From Antedon mediterranea (taxonomy: Eukaryota > Animalia > Echinodermata), in the NCBI RefSeq assembly GCF_964355755.1, contig NC_092678.1, forward strand, positions 18,989,365-19,053,364: DNA of 64,000 bases, given 5' to 3'. This document shows positions 49,545-60,666 of the stretch, piece after piece. Made by a program: the position numbers and the translations under genes. The notes beneath the pieces were generated by a model. It made no database searches. It saw nothing but the letters and a program-made list of their open reading frames with translations, and had not been told where the DNA came from. Position 1 is the first letter of the stretch, and every line of letters begins with the position of its first letter.

Positions 49545-52500
49545 TCAATAACCAGCAGCATGTTGTTCTTTGTGTACTACCTTCCAGTCAGTAACTGCAA
49601 AAAAAATGTAAAAATTATAATCGAGATAAAAGGAGCTTTCAATTTTAAACAAATGGGTCGGTAATTAAAAAAACAAATTTGTGTGTGCGAAAAGTAGACT
49701 TGCACAAAGCTCTAGCATTTTTTTGTATTTGGATTCCATCTCCAGAATAGGTATGACACGCCAAGTGTGCCAAATATTTTGTCTTTATAAATATTAAGCC
49801 TAATCTTTTTCAAACAAATATACACCATTTCATGCTGGATTGCTACATTTAATCTTTTACTCGGAGTAGAACATATCATATTTTTCTAAATGAAAACAGT
49901 GCAATTGTATTTTTAGTTGTTGCTAATTAACCAAAAACATCATATACAGTATAGTACTGTATGTGTACGATCTGACTATATGTAATGTAATGACACTAAA
50001 TTGACAGAAAAGTGTAGTGTGCCAGAAAGAAGACATCAGAATGGGTAGGGTGGGAGTTGTATATTGTGCCACCCAAACCTTCGTAATTTAATTTCTTAAA
50101 AATTATCATACCTTGACATTCTTTTTTGCAGTAAAAGCGTACTTTCTCCGACTTCTTCTCAACACATCTGTACATAAAATAAAACAAATGTATTGATGAA
50201 AAGAAGGAAAGACTCCAACCTTCTTGTTTGGGTTATTTTTTATAAGAATCAAATTACTGTACTGCAAATATACCTTGTAACCCAAATGAACTTTTGAAAT
50301 CTTTTCCAGTACAATTCCCTTCATTTTAACCAATCAATTGTGCAACCCACTAGGGGTAGATAATATTCTAATTTAGTTGAAAACCTTCCCAGTACAAGTC
50401 CCATCATGTTGATAGTATTAACCAATCAATCGTCCAACCCACCATCACCACACCACTAGGGGTAGATAATTTTCAAATTTAGTTGAAAACCTTCCCAGTA
50501 CAAGTCCCATCATTTTGATACCCTATTAACCAATAAATCATCCAACCCACCATCATCACACCACTAATGGTAGATAAATTTCAAATTTAGTTGAAAACCT
50601 TCCCAGTACAAGTTCCATCATATTGATACGGTATTAACCAATCAATTGCCGAACTCACCATCACCACACCACTAGGGGTAGATAATTTTCAAATTTAGTT
50701 GGAAACCTTCCCAGTACAAGTCCCATCATTTTGATACCCTATTAACCAATAAATCATCCAACCCACCATCATCACACCACTAATGGTAGATAAATTTCAA
50801 ATTTAGTTGAAAACCTTCCCAGTACAAGTTCCATCATATTGATACGGTATTAACCAATCAATTGCCGAACTCACCATCACCACACCACTAGGGGTAGATA
50901 ATTTTCAAATTTAGTTGAAAACCTCTCCAGTACAAGTCCTATCATTTTGATACCCTATTAATCAATCAATTATCTAACCCACCATCACCACACCATTAGA
51001 GGTAGATAATATTCAAATGTCGTTGAAAACCTTCCCAGAGCAATTCCGGAAAATTATGTTACCCTATATAATTATATGCAGTAGGATAAATTTGTATTAA
51101 ATCAAATGTACAAACTCTAGCGATCAATATAATATAGATGAATGTTCTTTCAATTGGAGGGCAGAAATTAAATTAAAACCAGAGAACATCATCATAATCC
51201 AAATTGTAATGACATTGCATTTCAAAAAGACCATGGGTCTTATTATATTGAAAATATTCTTCTTTTTTTTCTGTTGGGTTATTAGAGAAAGAACTTCACT
51301 CGTCAATCACATAGAGAATCAAAAAATGAACTGAGCAAATCAGCTATAGCAGATCATGCCGTCAAGTTAAATCACATAATAGACTGGACACAACCTAAAA
51401 TCATTGACAGGGAACCAGATACAAACAACCGACGCATCAGAGAAGCCATCTGGATCCGCAGACGAGGAAACCAAATCATCAACAGAGACGAGGGCACCCA
51501 CCAACTCAGTCACGTGTATGACCCTGTCATTAAACAGAATAGGCCCTCTAGAGGTCAGTCTGTTTGATGATAGATCGTCATTATTTCTCAAGAAGCTGTC
51601 CGATCAGGACAGTGAAACTGTCAAGGTTAGTTTTTACTAATTATTGGTTTGGAAAAAAGAATATTTTCAATATACTTATACCTACAAACCAGATGAACAT
51701 TTTCAATCATGGGTCTAATTGTTATGTTTTTTTTTTTTTGCTGTTAGAAAATTGTCAATTAACTGACCTTTGACACTGTTTGAACTGCTTACGAACAGTT
51801 TCGACATTTCCACAAAAAGAGCATGTTTTAAAATCGTAAGGTTTCTTGTGTTTCTTTGAATCACCATTGGTCATCTTTTCTACTTCCTGACCATTGACTT
51901 CCTTAATCTTATCTGCTTCGTTTTCCTTCCGCTTTTTGATCTCATCCTTCTTTTTCTTTTCTGCATCTTTTCTAAGAATCTCTTGGATCCTCTCTTCTTC
52001 TTCCTTCTCTTTCATCTTCTGCAATTCTCTTTCCTCCTCTAACTTTCTTTCTTTCTCTAACTCTTTTTCTTTCTCTAATTCTTTTTCCTTCTCTTTCCTC
52101 CTATCTGCATCTTTTCTAAAAATCTCTCTGACCTTCTCATCTTCTCTTTCCTGCTCTAACTTTTCAGCTTCTTTCTTTTTTTCTGCTTCCTTCCTTGTTT
52201 CTACTTCCTTTCTGGTGTCTGCATCTTTTCTTTTCTCTGATTCTTTTAACTTCTCAGCTTCCATTTCTTTCATCTCCTGCTTCCTGATCATCTGTAAAGC
52301 ATATTCAATTTTGCCTTCCTCATATCGGCTCCTCTTTGGTGTTGAGTGAACCTCTGGGGTTGACCCATTTTGTACCTTTATATGCAGACGTTTCTTCAAA
52401 TCATCTTCGATCTTTGCCATCACCTGCTCAATCAAGAGCATTTCTTTATTGGTCCAATCAAACTTCTCTTCTGACCAATCACCAACGTCTTGATCTACAA

Positions 52501-55500
52501 AAAGAAAAATGGTCTTTTTTTATCATACTTATCATACTAGGGCAGGTCTGTACTGAGCATTTACTCAAGAGAGGCATTCATTTAAGGGGCGACTTGATTA
52601 AATATTCCTGAGATATGAAAAACTGCTATTCTACAGTACACAATATCAAAAAGTGATAAAATACAGTAGGCCTATTCAAACTGATATAACAAAAATGTGT
52701 TTATTCAGAATCTAAATGTTTGGTTTTTGATTAATCTTTTTATTGTAGTATGTATTCATACAGTATTTAGAAATAAAAATTGCATTAATTGTTTATAAAT
52801 ATTATGTCTCGTATTTAAAATACCTACCTCCTTTTTTCGACCTTCTTTTAACCTCTCTTCCACATTCACGATTCTTGTAACCCTCAAGTAGCTTGTCAAA
52901 GACCATATTCTCAAAATCTGGATGTTTTGTGTATTTCCTGCGGTCCTCACGTGTCACAGGAACTCCTTTGATCCTTCCCTCGATTTGCATCCTCACTTCC
53001 GCCTCTTGAATGATTTGCCATTCAAGGGTAGCTTTGTATCTGTCTTTACCATCAAAGTATTTCATTATTTTTTGTATGTTGTCATATTTAACCTCGTCTG
53101 CTAAGAGAGGAACCATCTGTGCAAATGTGTCAAGAATGATCGATCTTCCTGGAGATGTGTGTCCATCATCTTCATTGTATTGTTCCCTCAAAGATTCTCG
53201 TAGCATTTTAGCCATGATAACTGCATGGTAGATGTCAAGCACTTGGTCCATTCCTGGAGGAAAAGCAATAAATGGTTGGTCGTCTTTGTATTCTGCAATC
53301 TTCTTTACCACAATGCCAATAAGTTGGTTGTCATCTTCTATCTGCTGCCTCTCCTCTTTTGTGAGAGCAGTTACATTGATATCATGATTACATGTGTCGT
53401 TCAAGACAGTGATCATATTTCGCATTGCCCGTACATCTCCCCCAACCACATCCCATAGAAGACTCTTGTACATCATAAATGGACTTTCATCTGCAGAAGG
53501 ATTTTTCGCTGAATTGTATCGCCTTTCAACAACTGCTTTCTCTTCTTCCCATGTTTTTCGCATAACCTCTTGTTTCAATCTAATTGCTTTCATAAGCTCT
53601 TCCTTCTTCTGTCGAATTTTTTCATCGCGTAAAACTCTCTTCATATTTTTTGGCGCTTTCACACGTTGCTTCCGGCCTTTTGTTCGATCTGCCTTATGTA
53701 GCACCTTGCCATGTTTTCTATTTTTCACAAGCATTAACCCATCCAAACAGTCATCGGTCATAAAGATATCGCACTTCCAAGCATGGCAGGACAGCAGGTG
53801 ACCGTTGGCCAACTCTATTGCATCAATGCCATGACCTTTAAGTGCTTCAATACTCCTTCTGTACTGTCGACACCTAAGCTTTTCTTCCTCAGGATCAATA
53901 ATCTTGCGTAAAGCTGGAACATTCTTCAGTCGGGATTGATAACTCAGAACATGAAGATGTCGACTTGCATACTCCAAATCCGAGTCATTTTGGTAGTCAA
54001 CATCTTTCTTCTTTTTTAGTATCTTCCTTGACAACATCAAATGTGGATCTGTTTCATCTTCATCATCAACCTTTGCCAGGAGTACTTGCGCAAAACTTCC
54101 GTCTTTGAAGATTGGAGGATTCCAAACCATTCCAGCAACTTCTTTCTTTGGCTTCTCTTTATCGATTGTAAGGACAACCTTTCTTTGTGTTCCTCCCTCA
54201 CCAGATAGGTTGATTGTCACGTTGTGTACTTTCTTATCCCCAGCATTCTCACCCGACTTATTTTTATTCTTTCTAGCTCGTGCATTCTGGTTGGTAATTG
54301 AATCAATTTCAACTTTTATTGGTTTTTTCGATTTTGACTTATTTTTTCCTTGATTCTTGTGAATACCATTCTCAGATGATTTGATTGTTGAATCTTTCGG
54401 GATTGCACCTGTTAATTTTGCTTTAAACAAATCACGCGCCATCTCATCGTTTAAATGCGTTTCTCCAGCCTCCATCTCAAAATCATCACTTTCGATTAGT
54501 TTACGTATTTCATCAGCATCCATAACTAATTCTATTGGTGCTCTAGGTTTCTTCTCCTCTGTTTCTTTATCCTCCTCTATGTCATCCTCTTTCTGCGATT
54601 CTGTTTCCGAAAGTTTAGATTTCGGTATTTTAAGCTCCTCCATCTTCTTTTCAAGATTATTCTTCTCCGCTTCCTTTTTCAAAGCGAACTCAATAATTTT
54701 TATTTCCTCCTGTTTCTTAGCTTCTGCCTTTCTTTCCTGCTCTTTTTTGTGTTCTTCCAACTCCTTCTTATCCATGTATTCAGGAATATACAGATCTAAG
54801 TAGCGTGCAAGAATCTTTGGACCTTCTGGCGAAAGGAACATCATTGTGGACAGGCCACCATTGTCCCACCACATATTACTGTCTGGATCTGGATGAACCC
54901 ATGGAGGCTTAGTCTCTTTACCCATTAGCACAGAGTAGTCCAGCTCGTACGAATCTAAAACACGTTTAACCGGTAATTTCCAATAATTCCCTGTGTCTTC
55001 TTCTATAAACGTGGTTGCCTTGATCCATCTCTTCAACACCTTACACAGTGCTGCTGTATATTTGACATATAAAGGATACTGGTACCACACCTGGAACAAC
55101 ACACATTACAGTTAATTACAGTCACTGGTATGGGACAAAAATAAATTGCAAACTAGAGTGGGTATTGACAAACAACATTTTTAATTTTCAATTCACCATA
55201 TTATTATTATTTTTTTTCAATAATTTTTTTAATAGTTATTCACTTTTACCAAAAATTTGATTTAAAAAACCTTAAACTGTAATTTAAAGCTCTTTTTATA
55301 AGTGAGAACATAATTTTTTCCGGTTTTTAATATTCATTTTTCATGTTTTTGGGGAACAATGCATCTTTAAGCATGACGTGTGATATATTTATCTAAAACA
55401 GATGAGAAATAAGTTTGCAGCATACAAAACTGTTATTTGAGTAAAGGAAGGATGGGAACTTCTTATCACATTGAACATCTATAATGTATTTTTGTGGATT

Positions 55501-58500
55501 TTACTTTTATGTTCAAAAATATTATTTGGAGCCAGATGAATTTATTCAATATTATCTATAATATATATCCATAAATTATTATTTTGTATACAGAGCTATT
55601 AAATATAAAAACCATTTGTATTGGCAAACCAGATACTGACCTTTAACCGTAAACCATTTTTTCTTGGAGCTCCAAAAAACCTTCGGAACATTTTTTTAGT
55701 GGTTTCATTCAGGAAAGGGCATTTTTCTGCATAAAGAGTACAAGTCAGAAAGAAAAACATTCATAAATTCAAACAATATAATTAGTACCGGTATATTTCA
55801 AACACACCCGATTACATTCTTGTAAATTTATTGGGTAAATTACGCATCATGTGTCCATTTGGAATTATACATCCAACTCATAAACATTCTTTATTTGTAT
55901 ATTAAATGTTAAACAAAGGCAAAATACTGAAAAAAATTATAATGCTGTGGTATCAGTGGCTGGATCTCAATGGAGATACAAATAAAATAAGCACTGGAAA
56001 AATGAAAATGCTGTGGGTATCAGTGGCTGGATCTCAATGGAGATACAAATTAAATAAGCACTGGAAAAATGACAATGCTGTGGGTATCAGTGGCTGGATC
56101 TCAATGGAGATACAAATAAAATAAGCACTGGAAAAATGACAATGCTGTGGGTATCAGTGGCTGGATCTCAATGGAGATACAAATAAAATAAGCACTGGAA
56201 AAATGACAATGCTGTGGGTATCAGTGGCTGGATCTAAATGGAGATACAAATAAAATATGCACTGGAAAAATGACAATGCTGTGGGTATCAGTGGCTGGAT
56301 CTCAATGGAGAGAAACGTTTATTTACCTCTATCACGTACATCAACAAACGGTAGTTTGTCTCTTGATTTCATCAACACATAACCATCCTCAATAAGACGC
56401 ATAACAAGTTCAACATCATTTGCTGTAACATGAAATAAAATTGTCAAACTAGACCATAGTAATACATAAATAGTTAGCATTTGCAGAAAAGTAACAATTA
56501 CCAATAAGGCTGCGGCAATCGAACATTCGATATGCTATTCACGCCCCCTATGTAGTGACGCATTAATAAATGTTTAACTGGAAATTCTGATTCAGCCTTT
56601 TCTTGACCCACGGAAGCCAGAAGTGAAGCGCCTACCCAGATCAACAAGTCTGTAGTGTATTCTATGCGATCCTTGTAAAAATGCTAGACATTCATTCATA
56701 TTTATTACAATATGATTTTTTTATATGCATGTTGCTTAATACAAAAATGTATGTCCTGAGTTTACTGTTGTGTTTTTTCATAATATTATATACTAAATAA
56801 TATTTTGTAACACTTTGCTGTCTGTCACCTTCAACCCAATCTGTTAACCCTCTTAATTCTAAAGGTCTGTCTACGCTATCAAACTTTTTGTGACCAAAAA
56901 AATATGATGTGCCTAAATATGGACACGATAATGTCATATCACTACCATATTTGGGAACATCACACTTTTTTCGTCAAACTAGTTTGATAGTGTAGACAGA
57001 GCTTAACTTACACTTTGTAGTCTGTCTGTCCAGGTAGCCCCAACATTCCTTCAGTAGCATGTCCATCAAGGGTCCCTGTAATAAGCAATACAACTACTGT
57101 AATTGAAATATTATTATTTGTATCATCATGACTTCAGCTTCCATAGTTTATCCATAACATTCTTTGTTCTTGTTGTGTTGGGCCTTCTGTCTTTGTTTTT
57201 GAAAGCTGGTGCACATTTCACAGGCATCTCTTCCATCCCATAGGCCTATTATAGTTAACTTTTCAATTATCTATATAGGAGAAACACGCACTATAGTACA
57301 CAATTACTCCTTCACAACAACAAGATCAGAACAACGGCAATAATCTACTTAGATGTTATATAAAACAAATAATGAATATTTTTATTTTCGTGCGATGGTA
57401 CAGATAATTTCATTCGGTGAAATATGAAATTATATTTTCACTCAGGCTTCGCCTCATGGAAATAGAATTTCATGATTTGCCTCATGAAATTATTTGTACC
57501 ATTCCACTCATAAATATTCATTACTTGTATATTATCCTATGTAAATTAGTAACTTAGAAGAGTAAGTTGGACAAAAGAAAATATACATAAATTCTATTGT
57601 TCCCAAATAAAAAAAAAAAAATTTTACCGAAGCTCGTAGTTTGTAAACCGTGCCATAGTCAACGAGGAATGCTTTATAGTTGAGATTGAACCGCTTCCAG
57701 AAAAGTAAAGTCTGCGAAAAGTAATAATAAAACCAGTTCAATAAAACAATAAAGATACCAGACCATATCTAATATAACAATATAGAGTAGCTCAGTGGTT
57801 AAGATGCTTGGCTTTCACTCCTAGGGTTCTGGGTTCTAATCCCATCAGGTTCCAGGGTTTTTTTTTCAATACTAAAATGACTCCACTCCAAAAGACAATG
57901 TACGGTATGACTGTTTATAATAAGCATGTTGAGTTTATGTCTTTTTTAAAATTTATTTACCAATGAGAAATACATGATTTTAAAATGTAGATAGGTTTTT
58001 CATAAAATATAATTTGTTTTGGATCACACAAAATTCAATTTTTAAATAATTAATTGTTTACATGAATGTAAAGAAAAAGATATGTATTCGGATTTATTTA
58101 TTAGTATTTTATTTGTAAAAATTGAAATAGAATTATTTATTTATCAAGCCTTTTGTATTGTGTTGACGATTTTTTTTTAATGGATTCGTATATCGTCTGG
58201 TCATATTATAATATAAAATATGCCCTCGTGGATGGATGGTTCACACTTCAGCTCTTTTTTGGCTCTTTTACATTTTGATTGAGACGTTCCCCTACTCTTT
58301 CTAAATAGTGTAACAAGTTCTTTAACGTGCAATAACGAAAGCTTAGCATACTTGATCAAACCACATTTTGCGGAACTCATCTTTGTTTTTTGAGTAGAAG
58401 TTGTAATCTTCCACTGACATCTCATTGTCATAACTATCGAAATCCGGATGGTGGATGTCGACAAAACGTTGCTTAGAAGTGCTTGTCACTTCTTTAGCTG

Positions 58501-58504
58501 CCAT
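49545..58504 (-). CDS. Uncharacterised ~1164-aa charged/coiled-coil protein with a C-terminal MYND-type zinc finger
   Basis: Exons 58504-58352, 57075-57012, 56422-56327, 55726-55641, 55090-52828, 52494-51768, 50167-50112 and 49594-49545 total 3495 nt and are phase-consistent. The C-terminus reads CSFC..KQCQRC..FYCKKECQVTDWKVVHKEQH. Confidence 0.82.
50340..51040. repeat. Intronic 108-bp minisatellite, ~6.5 copies
   Basis: Unit starts at 50348, 50454, 50562, 50670, 50778, 50886 and 50994. Confidence 0.92.
51300..51672 (+). mobile_element. Penelope-like retroelement 3' fragment (C-terminus of the GIY-YIG endonuclease plus pLTR remnant)
   Basis: A + frame not shown in the ORF track reads KSAIADHAVKLNHIIDWTQPKIIDREPDTNNRRIREAIWIRRRGNQIINRDEGTHQLSHVYD, a typical PLE endonuclease end. 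Confidence 0.85.
55935..56310. repeat. Intronic 67-bp minisatellite, ~5.5 copies
   Basis: Unit aatgctgtgggtatcagtggctggatctcaatggagatacaaataaaataagcactggaaaaatgac starts at 55941, 56007, 56074, 56141, 56208 and 56275. Confidence 0.93.
56862..57003. mobile_element. Family B MITE with TAA duplication, next to a splice donor
   Basis: taa|aggtctgtctacgctatcaaact ... agtttgatagtgtagacagagct|taa. Confidence 0.75.
57358..57533. mobile_element. Fold-back (fully palindromic) MITE
   Basis: Imperfect ~85-bp arms (aataatgaatattt..tggtacagataatttcat / atgaaattatttgtacca..aaatattcatta) around the centre aggcttcgcct. Confidence 0.65.
57785..57860 (+). mobile_element. tRNA-like SINE head (similar head at ~43638-43698)
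   Basis: A-box-like gtagctcagtggttaaga and degenerate B-box gggttctaatccc. It does not fold as a full tRNA. Confidence 0.5.
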
Positions 58505-58969
58505 CTTGAAAAATGATTCAGCAACTTTTCTTGCAATTTGTTTATTAACTGAAATTAAAAGAAAAGATTATTTAATTATATAAATTATTTTGCCAATAAA
58601 TATTTAATAACAATAACATTATCAAATATTAATCTGACTGAACGTCATCATCACCCTGACCGTATATGACCAGGAGAGGCATTTTGGATTTTTATATTTA
58701 TATGTGAAAGGTAATCCGGTTGTGCAAGTACGGTAAGTAGACCTAACCTAAGCCCATTTCATAGCCAGGCCTATCTGTTGCATGGAAGGGGATTAACGTT
58801 TTGCCAACCCACCATGCAGCACGTCGACCCAGCAGGCAGTCCATCCACGAGTCTCTGTCTGTATTTATTGCATGGTATGCGCCTGGAATTCATTTTTAAA
58901 ACAATAAAAATATCCAGAACCATTTTATACACAATAAAAATAATAATAAACCAGAAAATTATGTAACCT

Positions 58970-59720
58970 ACGTGTCCATTTTATTGTATTTCCTCCTTTC
59001 CTTTTGTTAGCTTCCTAGTTTTTCTTTTATTTTTTTGCGTAATACTGACCTTTGGACAGTGACCTTTATCAATATCCATCTTTTTACATAAAACAAAGTA
59101 TTTGCTCAAGTGTTTTCATATACTATTAAAAAGTAACAATAAAGTATTATCCCTATACAAAGTATTAAAGGAAAAATAATAAATAAGTAAATTTACGATT
59201 TCAAATAATTTAATATAATATTTACAACAATTGTTGATAGCTTAACGTTAACGTTGGCGGCGCGCGATGAATAAATAGGAAAAACATGCACGAATTTTTG
59301 CCTGTGTTTCGGATGTTTTATTTTTCTTGTGAATTTGTTGTTTTTATTATACTTTTTGAAACTGTTTTACTTCTTTGTGTCGACATTGATTATTAAAAAT
59401 AAATTACAATTAATAACAAGTTAGTAATCTATTCCAATAATAATATTCTATTGCTAGTAGGCCTCTAGAGGCCAGCTAGGCTAGTAGGCTAGCCGCTAGC
59501 CTGGCCTGGTTGGTGTGGAGCGAGTAAAACACGCACGGTCGCGGCGGGAACGATGAGAGCAACACGGCCTAGAAGGTTAGGTTCAGTGTCTCACTGTCTT
59601 TAGTGCAGGCCGATCTAGCCTTGGCCAGTCAGTAGGCCTAGTTAGTAGTAGGTAGGCCTATACTAGGCTACTAGAGGCCCTAGCTAGCCTATTAGGCCTA
59701 GGGCCTAGGTAGATATACTA
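58970..59720. promoter_or_regulatory. Probable shared bidirectional promoter of the MYND gene and TMEM209
   Basis: The start codons diverge at 58504 (-) and 60667 (+), and each is preceded by an acceptor, which implies non-coding first exons. Candidate minus-strand donor gtaggt at ~58970, CpG cluster ggcggcgcgcg at 59256, and an AGGCCT/CTAG tract at 59455-59720. Confidence 0.5.
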
Positions 59721-60480
59721 TACGCCGTGGTTAGGATTCCGGCACCGGAACTCAACTGCCCAGCGTTAGGGAATCCGACACGCTATTACGCATGCCCAGA
59801 GCGAGGTAATCGGCGACTCTATGCTTAACAACAGCGATGGATCATTTCATAGCTGCGCCACACGGCGAACTAGCCTAGATGCCTACTAAATATGGGATCC
59901 ACTAATCTAGGCTAGGGCTACCAGTTAGACGTGACCAGTGGGCCTACAGTATTTATTTTGTAATTAAAAAGTGGTTGCTTCATTCATATATAAACTTCAT
60001 ATCATTATGAATTATATAATTACATGACTAGTTTTATGATTTTTCATAACGCATTATACTGTAGCCTACATAACAACATGCAATCACAAGTTGATTTGTT
60101 GACGGCAGCCACTGCGTGGATGTGAAAAAACTGTTCGGGAAGTCAGGGTCGCAACGCTAAAAACAGCATTACGATTCTTAGATAGATACTGATACTTATT
60201 AATATCATTATAATTATTTTAACGCGTGGCGTATTTTAATTATTAATTCATGTATGGCATAGGCCAAGTGTCATCCATCACTCTCTCGCTCGCGTAACGA
60301 CTATCTAGGCTTCAGTAAATCCCTATAACACTCCGACTCTCCGTGGTGGTGTGGTGGTGTGGCACTATTAGTGCAAGCTATAATTCACTTCCCAGAGCTC
60401 TGGCCATGCGCAATAGGGTGTCAGATTCCATAACGGTGGGCAGTTGAGTTCCGGTGCCGGAATCCTAACCACGGCGTATA
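59719..60480. mobile_element. Non-autonomous DNA transposon with long TIRs (44 bp perfect, ~85 bp imperfect), TA/TATA ends
   Basis: tatacgccgtggttaggattccggcaccggaactcaactgccca at 59719 is exactly inverted, ending at 60480. Similarity extends to ~59802 and ~60397. Confidence 0.9.
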
Positions 60481-60666
60481 CTATATTGTATAGCTGGCTC
60501 AGTCTATCTGCTGGATGGATGGCTGCTGGCATGATCTGACTACGTATTAGGCCTGGCCCTAGACATACTTTTATAGCCTACTTCTATATAACTACTACTA
60601 GCTAGGCCTATATAGTATACTAGAGAGCAGGGTTTCTGCTAACTGTAGGCTAATTACTTTTTCAGA

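Noticed and set aside
51404-51640. 78-aa ORF from the supplied track
   Set aside because: Wrong frame; the meaningful translation is the Penelope endonuclease fragment in another + frame.
51894-54803. Plus-strand Ser/Phe-rich ORFs, and other antisense ORFs such as 21422-22000, 38729-39037 and 43002-43397
   Set aside because: These are shadows of the real coding strand.
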